From a virus, in the IMG/VR virus record IMGVR_UViG_3300048800_000035, positions 1 through 35,700 of that record: a DNA stretch of 35,700 nt. One strand, 5' to 3'. The notes beneath the pieces are model-generated. The model worked only from the letters and a program-made list of their open reading frames with translations, had not been told where the DNA came from and did no database searches. The translations under genes and the position numbers were made by a program. Positions 1 to 8,094 of the stretch are shown here, one piece after another. Every line of letters starts with the position of its first letter. The first letter of the stretch is position 1.

Positions 1-1
1 G

Positions 2-340
2 GCTCAAGTCGGGGCTCAAGTCAGGGCTCAAGTCGGGGATCAAGTCGGGGCTCAAGTCGGGGCTCAAGTCGGGGATCAAGTCTGGGATCAAGTCAGGGCT
101 CAAGTCTGGGCTCAAGTCTGGGATCAAGTCAGGGCTCAAGTCGGGGATCAAGTCAGGGCTCAAGTCTGGGATCAAGTCTGGGCTCAGGTCAGGGCTCAAG
201 TCTGGGATCAAGTCAGGGCTCAAGTCAGGGATCAAGTCAGGGATCAAGTCTGGGATCAAGTCAGGGCTCAAGTCAGGGCTCAAGTCGGGGCTCAAGTCTG
301 GGATCAAGTCGGGGCTCAAGTCGGGGCTCAAGTCTGGGAT
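2..340 (+). repeat. Coding tandem repeat, 28 x 12 bp, consensus G(C/A)T CAA GTC (G/A/T)GG
   Basis: Read directly; uninterrupted 12-bp period from 2 to 337 and likely continuing upstream of the window. Confidence 0.98.
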
Positions 341-1015
341 GCTAATTATGGACAACACGACGCCAATTGGGTTGGGTGGGCCGAATATTTCTGGCAAGAA
401 CTGAAAATCCCAAACACTGACAAGATTTCCGGTTTAGTGCATGTTAGCCAGGCATGCGGTTGGTGGTGGGCTTTCAAAAATGCGGTAATTATTACCGATA
501 GGCCATGCGAATTGCATCGTGACGAACAGGGGCGCTTGCATAACCCATCTGGAGCTGCTATCTTGTATCCTGATGGGTGGGGGGTGTATGCTATCCACGG
601 CGTTCGAGTTCCAGAACCAATCATCCTTCGCCCAGATTCAATCACGGTCCAACAAATTGATGGCGAACAAAACGCCGAGGTCAAGCGTATTATGATCGAC
701 CAGTATGGCCCGTCGCGATTCCTGATTGATGGAAACGCTAAGGAACTCCACAAGGACGCCTGGGGTCGGCTTTTGCGCCGAGAGGTTTCCGGGGATGAGG
801 CAATTTTGATGGTGGAGGTTGAAAACTCAACGCCAGAGCCTAGTGGCGAAAAGCGCCTGTATTATCTCCGAGTTGATCCCAACCTGCGTCCCATGAAGCT
901 CGGACCAGATGGAACGCGCAGTTTCGGGCAACCACAGAAGATGACGGCGCACAATGCAATTTCCAGCACGTTTGGTTTGCGGGGCGAAGAATACAAGCCA
1001 CTGATTGAGAGTTAG
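2..1015 (+). CDS. DUF6745-like protein with N-terminal (A/D)QV(G/R/W) tetrapeptide repeats; 5'-truncated by the window edge
   Basis: Frame +2 is open from base 2 through the repeat into the tracked ORF 437..1015. Motifs [51 protein letters not shown] and NAEVKR are typical of this family. Confidence 0.85.
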   Translation, partial: AQVGAQVRAQVGDQVGAQVGAQVGDQVWDQVRAQVWAQVWDQVRAQVGDQVRAQVWDQVWAQVRAQVWDQVRAQVRDQVRDQVWDQVRAQVRAQVGAQVWDQVGAQVGAQVWDANYGQHDANWVGWAEYFWQELKIPNTDKISGLVHVSQACGWWWAFKNAVIITDRPCELHRDEQGRLHNPSGAAILYPDGWGVYAIHGVRVPEPIILRPDSITVQQIDGEQNAEVKRIMIDQYGPSRFLIDGNAKELHKDAWGRLLRREVSGDEAILMVEVENSTPEPSGEKRLYYLRVDPNLRPMKLGPDGTRSFGQPQKMTAHNAISSTFGLRGEEYKPLIES

Positions 1016-1017
1016 GA

Positions 1018-1227
1018 GTGAACAAGCCCATTGGTTTCTCTAACACCCACCTCCAATTCCTGCACAAAGTATCTGATGCTGGTGTAGCCGATCACATGCT
1101 GGCGAGGTGGCTTGCAGGGGCCTTTCCGGAATTGGGATACGCCAAGGCTAAGACGTATCGAGATTATTGGGTGAGTATAACCAGTGGCGAGAAGCACCAA
1201 GTCAAGAAGCATCCGAAGCTCAAATAG
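1018..1227 (+). CDS. Hypothetical protein
   Basis: GTG start immediately after the previous stop; fits the gene chain. Confidence 0.5.
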   Translation: MNKPIGFSNTHLQFLHKVSDAGVADHMLARWLAGAFPELGYAKAKTYRDYWVSITSGEKHQVKKHPKLK

Positions 1228-1234
1228 GAGACAC

Positions 1235-1471
1235 ATGCTACCTACAGCAGATATGATGAGATGGCTCAAGGCGCAGGGGGCCGAGAAGGTTCTAAAGTTT
1301 CCAAGTGGCAATATGATGTTCTTCCGGCGTTCCGTTTCCATGAAAAGCAAGAATAGGGTTTACTGGTCCTGTATGAGTGTGGAAGTGGTGGACGGCGGCT
1401 ACCTGCGAGACGGAGATACATTCCTGTTATGCGATCCGCCACCTACCGCTGCGGAGTATTTCGATGGCTAA
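1235..1471 (+). CDS. Hypothetical protein
   Basis: AGGAG RBS before ATG 1235 (start revised from 1184). Confidence 0.6.
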   Translation: MLPTADMMRWLKAQGAEKVLKFPSGNMMFFRRSVSMKSKNRVYWSCMSVEVVDGGYLRDGDTFLLCDPPPTAAEYFDG

Positions 1472-1691
1472 AGTAACTGCGCTGGGAATCTTTCATACGC
1501 CGATGGGCAGGTTTCTAAAGTTCTCCTGTGGCTGTGGCGAGGAATCTGTTAGGGAGCATGATCGTAAGCACGAACACTACGCGACTTCCTCGAACGTTGT
1601 GGAGGGGAAAGTTATGAAGCCGGTGTGGTGTACCTTCGAGTGCGACTATGTATTTGAAGCGCGACCCATTGAAGTCGAGTTGGGAGACTAA
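1464..1691 (+). CDS. Hypothetical Cys-rich protein (possible Zn-binding)
   Basis: ATG 1464 overlaps the previous gene end; CGCG and CTFEC motifs. Confidence 0.6.
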   Translation: MAKVTALGIFHTPMGRFLKFSCGCGEESVREHDRKHEHYATSSNVVEGKVMKPVWCTFECDYVFEARPIEVELGD

Positions 1692-1692
1692 C

Positions 1693-2118
1693 GTGCCAGA
1701 TGAAGTTGATTTAGACTCTCTTGTTGGAAAACACTGGCTAACCGCCGTCGATATGCTGAATGAGACTGTCAAGAAATACGGCTACGATGAGGCCTGTGAG
1801 ACATTGCGGTTCGTCTTGGACGGAAAAACATACGTCGCGGTTCAAGACCCCGGTGACGGATACCGCTCATCTATGGAGAAGTTTTTCGTCTCAGATGACG
1901 TTGTTTCTAACGCCTTCCAGGCGACAGAAGTAATAGCAACAAAGAGGGGGGATGGCCCAGACTCATACACCGTAAATGACACGCTAGAACTGCGCGATAT
2001 TGCGAACGGGAAACTCGTCCTGTCTGTAGGAACTGACAACACCGACGACTATTACCCGTCATGGGTTGGCGAGTGGATTCCCGAAAACTTACACCTAAAC
2101 GATGGCAAGGAGAACTAA
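1693..2118 (+). CDS. Conserved phage hypothetical protein (DPxDGYRS ... GTDNTDDYYP motifs)
   Basis: GGGAG RBS then GTG 1693; motif pattern I recognise from uncharacterised phage proteins. Confidence 0.75.
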   Translation: MPDEVDLDSLVGKHWLTAVDMLNETVKKYGYDEACETLRFVLDGKTYVAVQDPGDGYRSSMEKFFVSDDVVSNAFQATEVIATKRGDGPDSYTVNDTLELRDIANGKLVLSVGTDNTDDYYPSWVGEWIPENLHLNDGKEN

Positions 2119-2394
2119 ATGGCTGGACGTAGACCACTCGGAAATGAGCGCATGAAGCCCAACGGACTCAGCGCGGAGTTAGATTTATGGTTCACGGCGC
2201 ACGCCAAGACGCTGGGGAAGTCGGCAATGGCCTTGAAAAGGGAAGTTTTGGAAGAATACCGCCGTGTTACGCAGATTCAAATGTCAACGCTGGACAACAA
2301 GCCAGGAGTCGGCTACGTTGTTACCGTTCCTGTTGAAGTTATCGACTACGCCTCGGTTGGTGGTGATGCTCAAACACTAGTGCAAGCCGAGTAG
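2119..2394 (+). CDS. Hypothetical protein, possible ribbon-helix-helix-like DNA binder
   Basis: AAGGAG RBS; basic N-terminus followed by two predicted helices (LDLWFTAHAKTLGKSAMALKREVLEEY). Confidence 0.6.
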   Translation: MAGRRPLGNERMKPNGLSAELDLWFTAHAKTLGKSAMALKREVLEEYRRVTQIQMSTLDNKPGVGYVVTVPVEVIDYASVGGDAQTLVQAE

Positions 2395-3477
2395 GGTAGT
2401 TACCTGTTGTTTTTCAGCGTCGGTTAGTCCCCAGGTAAGAGGGGATGGGCCGGTGTACTCGGCGGTACGGTTGTTCACCATCACGTCGAGCAAGTCGTGA
2501 GGCATCTGGGCAAACAAGTTTCTACCGTTCTTGTGGCCAACAGTAGCTACAGCGTTTAGGAATTGCTGGTTTGTCACGTCATCAACCTTGTCTTTCTCGG
2601 CAATCTGGTAGGCCAGAAGTTCGGCGGATTCGTAAAATGGAGTGTAGTCGGCTTGCTGCCAGTTGGTAGACGGATCGCAAGTGAAGCCGGCGAATCCAAG
2701 CAAGTACGGCTCTTGTCGAGCGCGAACATCGTACCATTTGAAACGTTCTAGCGTACTAGCATTTGATTGACTGGAATATCCGCCACCCGCGTAAAATTCG
2801 GAGATAAACAGTGGCACAACTTCATTGCGCTGTTCGAGTAGGGAGTAAATATACCTGTGTCTAAAGTTGCAAGCGCCAGCACCAGCTACACGCGGGGAAT
2901 CTGGAATGAGATCGCCGTACCAAAGATCAACCGGCTGCATCTCAAGGACACCCTCATGCGTGTCGTAAATATGGCCTCCGCGCTTGATGTAACCGAACAA
3001 GCCAGTATTGACAAGTCTGACCATATCCGTCCACTCGGGGCACCCTTGCGGGAGACACGGCAGGGCAAGGTGAATATGCCGCTGATCCGCTTCTTTGACA
3101 AGTTCAATCAGCGCCAGTCCAAGTCCATCGTAATGCCCCTTTGGATCGGGTTCGTTCTGGACAGTGAAGTAATCTACCGCTTTCAACTGCGCGTCGTTGG
3201 CGTTGTTAAAAATCAGGTCAATCGACTCTTTGGCAAACTGTTCGCGCCGAGCTTGGTTCCAACTGCCCACATCCTGACAGCCCTCCCAATCGCCTACGGG
3301 GTTGATATATCGAGCAACCGTCTTGGTTCTAGGCTCAATCTGTTTCACAAAGACAAGCGGGGATGCGTCGTCCACAAATTTGACGACCGGATAGTAAAAC
3401 CCGTTAGCCTTGGCGCGTTTCACAAGATCGAGCGTATGGTTCGGATTTATGCTGTGAATAGAGATTTTACTACTCAT
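2377..3477 (-). CDS. Putative clan GH-A-like TIM-barrel glycoside hydrolase
   Basis: 366 aa; acid/base-type QNEP motif, HE motif and nucleophile-type FISEF motif; start overlaps the HNH stop (ATGA). Confidence 0.65.
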   Translation of the reverse strand: MSSKISIHSINPNHTLDLVKRAKANGFYYPVVKFVDDASPLVFVKQIEPRTKTVARYINPVGDWEGCQDVGSWNQARREQFAKESIDLIFNNANDAQLKAVDYFTVQNEPDPKGHYDGLGLALIELVKEADQRHIHLALPCLPQGCPEWTDMVRLVNTGLFGYIKRGGHIYDTHEGVLEMQPVDLWYGDLIPDSPRVAGAGACNFRHRYIYSLLEQRNEVVPLFISEFYAGGGYSSQSNASTLERFKWYDVRARQEPYLLGFAGFTCDPSTNWQQADYTPFYESAELLAYQIAEKDKVDDVTNQQFLNAVATVGHKNGRNLFAQMPHDLLDVMVNNRTAEYTGPSPLTWGLTDAEKQQVTTLLGLH

Positions 3478-3950
3478 ATCTTTTCTTCAACTGGATTTAG
3501 CCTGGCGAATTCACCGAAAATCTCAAGAGCCTTTCGGTTGTATGCGCGAGCAGCATCTTCCTCATTGTCAAATCGTCCCAAGTTGTTAGTTTTATGGTTT
3601 GTCTTTAGTTTAGCAAACCATTTCTCTCTGTTTTTATCCCAGCAAACACCCTTGTACTTGGAGGTGTGGGGAGTGATCTGTTGGTTTGCGTTGTTTTGCG
3701 AGCGCGTTGCAGGGCGAAGGTTCTCTCGCCTATTGTCTAGTCCATCACCGTTCTTGTGGTCTATATCCATGCCATTCGGAAACCCAAGTATCAGCCGGTG
3801 CATGTGAAATGGGACTGATTCACTCTGGGTGCCAGCGTACCACCTATTGTTCTCGTGCTGAATTGCATACCATTTATACCGTGATACTAGTTCAAAGTCA
3901 CAATCATCTACTAGGGCAATGCAACCATGAGTAAGCTGAATTTGTTTCAT
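3474..3950 (-). CDS. HNH-AP2 homing endonuclease
   Basis: MHRLIL...IDHKNGDGLDNRRENLRPAT (HNH_3) plus SKYKGVCW...W.AKL...LGRF...AARAYN (AP2). Confidence 0.95.
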   Translation of the reverse strand: MKQIQLTHGCIALVDDCDFELVSRYKWYAIQHENNRWYAGTQSESVPFHMHRLILGFPNGMDIDHKNGDGLDNRRENLRPATRSQNNANQQITPHTSKYKGVCWDKNREKWFAKLKTNHKTNNLGRFDNEEDAARAYNRKALEIFGEFARLNPVEEKI

Positions 3951-3984
3951 AGAATAATTGTATCATATCGAAACAGGAGGTCAA
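3951..3984 (-). promoter_or_regulatory. Sigma70-type promoter, leaderless, for HNH-AP2
   Basis: Minus strand TTGACC-16 nt-TACAAT with extended TG; ATG 6 nt after the -10. Confidence 0.7.
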
Positions 3985-4031
3985 TGATTGGACGATTCGC
4001 CGTGAGCGCCGTACTGAGTGCCTTTTGTCAT

Positions 4032-4046
4032 AGCACTATTATATCA
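4032..4046 (-). promoter_or_regulatory. Extended -10 promoter (TGATATAAT), leaderless, before a 16-aa ORF (4031..3981)
   Basis: Perfect TGn-TATAAT, then 6 nt, then ATG. Confidence 0.5.
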
Positions 4047-4057
4047 CCTGACATTCG

Positions 4058-4195
4058 GTGAATTACCTCCTGGTTGAATTTCTCGGCAAGACTATTCCAA
4101 CCATCGGCGCGTTGTTGATCGGGCTGATTGCTGGCGAAGTAACGATTCCGAGTGCGATTGTTGTTAGGATTCTAAAGACATTTGGTGTAATGTGA
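4058..4195 (+). CDS. Small hydrophobic protein (45 aa)
   Basis: GTG 4058 to TGA 4195; GTGA overlaps at both ends (with a 25-aa ORF 3984..4061 and the macrodomain gene); hydrophobic IPTIGALLIGLIAG. Confidence 0.5.
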   Translation: MNYLLVEFLGKTIPTIGALLIGLIAGEVTIPSAIVVRILKTFGVM

Positions 4196-4644
4196 AAACG
4201 ATCATCGGAAACTTACTCGAAATCGAGCATGGCATCCTTGGGCATCAAACGAATCTTTATCATACAATGGGGCATGGAATCGCACGACAAATTGCTATGA
4301 AGTGGCCCAAGGTGGAGCTGGAGTACATCGACTATGACGGAGAATTGGGGGATTGCCAGTTAGTCCAAGTTAAACCAGGATTGCTGGTGGCCAACCTGTT
4401 CGGACAAGACGGGATTGGGCGCAACTGTCGAAAAACTCACTACGGCGCATTATCCCTTGCGCTTACTAGGCTCGGCAGACATTCCGGCGATCTAGATTTG
4501 CCTGTTTTTCTGCCGTGGAAAATGTCAAGTGATTTGGCCGGAGGCAACTGGGATATTGTCTCGGAATTGATTGAGTTTTTGGTTCCCGCTGCAACTATTG
4601 TAAAACTGCCGCGATATGATCGTGTAACTGGAATGCCAGCATGA
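4192..4644 (+). CDS. Macrodomain protein (ADP-ribose binding/hydrolase; Poa1p/TARG1-like phage type)
   Basis: GNLL...HQTN...MGHGIARQI...ANLFGQ...P.KM...LAGGNW motifs. Confidence 0.9.
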   Translation: MKTIIGNLLEIEHGILGHQTNLYHTMGHGIARQIAMKWPKVELEYIDYDGELGDCQLVQVKPGLLVANLFGQDGIGRNCRKTHYGALSLALTRLGRHSGDLDLPVFLPWKMSSDLAGGNWDIVSELIEFLVPAATIVKLPRYDRVTGMPA

Positions 4645-4889
4645 AAGAGCTTTTGCATGGAATGTACTGGTTCTATAAGGGCCTCCCCACCGAGACAACG
4701 GTACGCGAGGCGGTCAGTTTCTATCGGGCTAAGTATCCGTCGAGCATAGTCACGGCGATATATGCTAATCCGTCAGAAGTAGGGGAGTTGTATAATGTCG
4801 ATGGACTTCCCGTTAGACCGGAGCGAACGGTCATCAAGGGCAACTTGTACATTTCCGTTAGTGGCGGATCGTATGAGAATCAATCATAA
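4641..4889 (+). CDS. Hypothetical protein
   Basis: ATGA overlap with the upstream gene. Confidence 0.7.
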   Translation: MKELLHGMYWFYKGLPTETTVREAVSFYRAKYPSSIVTAIYANPSEVGELYNVDGLPVRPERTVIKGNLYISVSGGSYENQS

Positions 4890-4971
4890 GGGCGCACTAT
4901 TTATCTCTGTTCTGATTGTGGCAGTAGTGATATTGGGCATGATGGTCTATGTGCCAGGAGCGTTCCGGTGA
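4873..4971 (+). CDS. Small membrane peptide (32 aa)
   Basis: MRINHKGALFISVLIVAVVILGMMVYVPGAFR; fills the gap; stop overlaps the next GTG (GTGA). Confidence 0.6.
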   Translation: MRINHKGALFISVLIVAVVILGMMVYVPGAFR

Positions 4972-5612
4972 AAGAAATACCGCTAATTTTCTCCGCCGAC
5001 AGTGTAAATGCTATTCTCGCCGGAACCAAAACACAGACACGGCGCGTTATGAATCCGCAACCGCACACTGGTTTGCGCCAGTCGCCATTTGTTCCAAGTG
5101 GCGTTGAAGATGGGCATGGGCGAGAAATGAAGTTGCGCTTTGCGCCGGGCGATTTGATTTGGGTAAGGGAAACGTGGGGTGCAGTATGGCCCATTGACAA
5201 AGAAGATGTTGATCTCGAAGAATGCAAGATCGAGTATCGCGCCGACTTACCTGTAGGCTGTACCGATTATCCGGGCCAGTGGCCCAAAGAAGATGCACAG
5301 GGCAGCGATGAGGCCCCCAAGTGGAAATCGCCCATGTTTATGCCTCGGTGGGCCAGTCGAATAACGCTCGAAGTAACCGAGGTTCGTATTCAAGTGTTGA
5401 GGCAGATTAGCGAACAAGACGCTATGGCCGAGGGCGTGACTATTCCAGAACACAAACAGGGAACAGTCAGGCTGCCTCACGGCGGAGCACCAGTTTTGAA
5501 AACATCCTTCGCGTCTGAATTTGCTACCGCTTGGGATAAGATCAACGGCAAAAAACATCCTTACGACAGCGACCCGTTTGTGTGGTGTCTTACGTTCGAG
5601 AGGATAGCATGA
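4968..5612 (+). CDS. ASCH/PUA-like domain phage protein
   Basis: MKEIPLIFS...AILAGTKTQTRR, GDLIWVRETW, WKSPMFMPRWASRITLEV, ISEQDAMAEG. Confidence 0.85.
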   Translation: MKEIPLIFSADSVNAILAGTKTQTRRVMNPQPHTGLRQSPFVPSGVEDGHGREMKLRFAPGDLIWVRETWGAVWPIDKEDVDLEECKIEYRADLPVGCTDYPGQWPKEDAQGSDEAPKWKSPMFMPRWASRITLEVTEVRIQVLRQISEQDAMAEGVTIPEHKQGTVRLPHGGAPVLKTSFASEFATAWDKINGKKHPYDSDPFVWCLTFERIA

Positions 5613-5794
5613 CAGTCAGGATACATTCATCGAGGAAACAAATGCTGAGGTATCTAAAGTTGGCTGTCATGGCAGCTTACGAGCGCCGAACCCTTGACGC
5701 CTGGTTGAATCTAGTTCAAGCCACTCGCTATGCACCCTTGGTCTATCTAGATCGTTGCCTACATTATCGCGCTGTATACGGGAACCTGAAATGA
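5609..5794 (+). CDS. Hypothetical protein
   Basis: GAGG RBS; ATGA overlaps at both ends. Confidence 0.55.
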   Translation: MTVRIHSSRKQMLRYLKLAVMAAYERRTLDAWLNLVQATRYAPLVYLDRCLHYRAVYGNLK

Positions 5795-6120
5795 CAGTCA
5801 AAATCTACCAACTCAAAGACATCGGCCGTGAAGTTCACATGATGGGCAAGTATGTCGGGGTGAGTTTCCACCTCAAACACACCTCCCGCGTTGCCACCGA
5901 CAAGAACACCAAAACCATCACTGAGACGTGGAGGGCAGACTACGCCTCCGCGCCGTATATCAATTTCTATGACATTCGGCAGGGAAGTGATGGTGAATAC
6001 TACAAAGACGATGACAGTCCGGTTCAGGGAGGCTTGAATCTAAAATCGGCTATAACTGTAGCTGTCGAACTCAAGCAAGCCTGTGACTACATCCAAAACA
6101 AGTGGTGGGAAAGTGAATAA
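5791..6120 (+). CDS. Hypothetical protein
   Basis: ATGA overlap; start revised to 5791. Confidence 0.7.
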   Translation: MTVKIYQLKDIGREVHMMGKYVGVSFHLKHTSRVATDKNTKTITETWRADYASAPYINFYDIRQGSDGEYYKDDDSPVQGGLNLKSAITVAVELKQACDYIQNKWWESE

Positions 6121-6271
6121 GGCAGACAGGAAGATCATAGCCGTCTTTATGAAACTGATTATAAACATCCTACAAGACATTCACGAAATGAAGGCTCCTT
6201 GGCCTGTTTCGAGCAGATTACAGGTAGAAACATTCCACAAACTACTAAAGGAGTGGGAAAGTAAGGCTTGA
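6113..6271 (+). CDS. Hypothetical protein
   Basis: GTG 6113 overlaps the previous gene end. Confidence 0.5.
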   Translation: MNKADRKIIAVFMKLIINILQDIHEMKAPWPVSSRLQVETFHKLLKEWESKA

Positions 6272-6296
6272 CACGGCGCAAAAGCGGAAGTAAAAT
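6268..6296 (+). promoter_or_regulatory. Near-consensus sigma70 promoter
   Basis: TTGACA-17 nt-TAAAAT. Confidence 0.85.
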
Positions 6297-6357
6297 CTGT
6301 TCGTTGCTGAATAAGCAATAGGTCGTCTGGCGGCGGCTGTCAAGAGAAGCAACAAGT

Positions 6358-6445
6358 AAAAGCGGTTTTTCGATACGCTGGTTGGCTACTTTGTTGCTAA
6401 GGCCGCCAGCCTGCGCCATCTGGCGTATCGAAAGATCGCTTTTTT
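6358..6445 (+). terminator. Long hairpin followed by a U-tract (attenuator/terminator-like)
   Basis: 6358-6386 pairs with 6415-6443 (~29 bp, with G-U pairs and one mismatch), ending in TTTTTT. Confidence 0.65.
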
Positions 6446-6935
6446 ATTACATTGAGGATGGACAGCGCCTTTATACGGCAGCTGTTTATAAATAGCCAGT
6501 TCGGTATCCCCTAATTGGAACCGTACCCTGTAAAGATGATGTGAGTCGAGCACAGTACCTAATTTCTTGACCTCGACCTCGGGTAAGTCGGACACCCCGA
6601 CGAGCCAGTAACAAAGTTAGAAGAATAGCGAACAAGCCCCCTATCGTTGCGGGCCTATTTGATTGCACCATTCTCGTTTGCCGGCCAGGGCGGTTATGAC
6701 TCTGGAATACCTGTCGGGAGACGGGAGCATTGTGATATTCAATGTGTTTTACCCCCAGGAGATTAGCCCGGTTGCGGGCTATGCCGACATGGGAAAGCAG
6801 GGAAGGTTGGGCATTTCACCGGATGCACTGGCAACCATCTTGAAAGAGTTACCTGCAAGTACCCCGAAACGAAAGCGAGTGCGGCTCCATACAGCAAACT
6901 TGCTCAGTGAGGCTTAAGCAAGGCCTCACTCCGCT
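6446..6935 (+). ncRNA. Candidate large structured non-coding RNA (family unknown)
   Basis: Largest gap lacking a convincing gene; many hairpins, including GGGA and GAAA (GNRA) tetraloops. Confidence 0.5.
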
Positions 6936-6968
6936 TCATGCTCACCACCAGCAAATGAAAGAGACAAG

Positions 6969-7340
6969 ATGGGAAAAGGAAACTGGGCAAGAAACAAGGA
7001 AAGAAATAAAAGATTACCAACCCCGACATCGGATGGCACAATAGGCTATGTATATGTTTTTCACCTTGGGATGGATAACATATACAAAATAGGCCATTCT
7101 GGAAATGTTCCATCTAGGTTAAAATCACTTGCAGCGTCGAATCCAAAAATAACTGCCAGAATAGCCAGTCGTGTTGATAATATGTTCAAAAGGGAATACT
7201 TCCTGCACAAAAAATACAAGAAACAGAGAGTGGAACGTGAGTGTTTTCGGCTAGAACGTAGCGATCTTAGTTTTATTCAGTCCTATTTGGACAAAAACAA
7301 ACCGATTCCGTTTATTGACCCAACATCTCTTTCTGAATGA
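6969..7340 (+). CDS. GIY-YIG nuclease, T5orf172/MUG113-like
   Basis: GYVYV...YKIGHS...SRLKSL...E..LHKKYK...ECFRL. Confidence 0.85.
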   Translation: MGKGNWARNKERNKRLPTPTSDGTIGYVYVFHLGMDNIYKIGHSGNVPSRLKSLAASNPKITARIASRVDNMFKREYFLHKKYKKQRVERECFRLERSDLSFIQSYLDKNKPIPFIDPTSLSE

Positions 7341-7768
7341 CCATCAAGCGTGGCACCGCGAAAGGCATCTGCCGAAGTTGCAAGCACGACAAACCCGACC
7401 TCTACGCCGGATACTGTGGGGACTGTCGAGCAGCGTATGGGCGCAAGACAAACGGGATCACGGCGGATTCAAAAAACTGGCACGAGCAGCACGAACTTGA
7501 GAAAATAGACTACGCGAAGAAAGTCAAATCGGGCGAGGCCGAGAAACAACTTCCTCCAAAATCATCGGTTGAAAAAGACGCGCTGGAACTCCGAATCGCC
7601 TATTTTCACATTCGACGCGCCGTAACCGAGTTGTTAGTCGAACTAGACAAGGTTGGATACTCCGTTCCTGACACGATGAAACACTACAAGAACTTCGGCG
7701 GATTGAGTGAGCCTTTCAGTTCGCTTGACCGTATTCGTCGTCTGCTTGAAAAACAACCTAGCGAATAA
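7337..7768 (+). CDS. Hypothetical protein with N-terminal Zn finger
   Basis: CRSC...CGDC; ATGA overlap. Confidence 0.7.
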   Translation: MTIKRGTAKGICRSCKHDKPDLYAGYCGDCRAAYGRKTNGITADSKNWHEQHELEKIDYAKKVKSGEAEKQLPPKSSVEKDALELRIAYFHIRRAVTELLVELDKVGYSVPDTMKHYKNFGGLSEPFSSLDRIRRLLEKQPSE

Positions 7769-7780
7769 TCAGATTGCCTG

Positions 7781-7815
7781 TTGACTTTCAGACAATGTGG
7801 AATTACATTTGACCT
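7781..7815 (+). promoter_or_regulatory. Sigma70 promoter, leaderless
   Basis: TTGACT-17 nt-TACATT-6 nt-ATG (7816); no SD sequence. Confidence 0.75.
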
Positions 7816-8094
7816 ATGGACAAACTTGACGCAAACGCATGGAAGGTACTAGCCGACCTTCTCGAACTGGCCGGTGATGAGTTTTCCAATCACGGCTGTA
7901 ATGACTACTCACTTCCCAACACGCCGGAAAACTTGGAATTTATGAACGCTATGCTCCACTGGAACGCACCCGATGGAACGCCAGACGAATACCTGATTCA
8001 ACTAAGCCCAGACCGAACGGAAATATACACTTCCGATTCATTCCTCATAGCATACTTTGAGCACCTTGCTAAAGAACTGGCGGGGATTGAATGA
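7816..8094 (+). CDS. Hypothetical acidic protein (FSNHGCND motif)
   Basis: Clean ORF directly after a promoter. Confidence 0.75.
   Translation: MDKLDANAWKVLADLLELAGDEFSNHGCNDYSLPNTPENLEFMNAMLHWNAPDGTPDEYLIQLSPDRTEIYTSDSFLIAYFEHLAKELAGIE

Noticed and set aside
1-340. CRISPR array or iteron interpretation of the repeat
   Set aside because: No unique spacers; the 12-bp period stays in frame and reads directly into the downstream protein domain.
2857-3807. 316-aa plus-strand ORF
   Set aside because: Antisense shadow of the GH-like and HNH-AP2 genes, which carry the recognisable motifs.
6663-6917. 84-aa ORF inside the structured region
   Set aside because: No clear RBS or motif, no coupling to neighbours, and it overlaps dense hairpins; tentatively non-coding but not excluded.
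6300-6968. Group I/II intron, tRNA, tmRNA or retron msr-msd
   Set aside because: No interrupted host gene, no domain V or P7 consensus recognised, no T-loop/cloverleaf, and no reverse transcriptase in the window.
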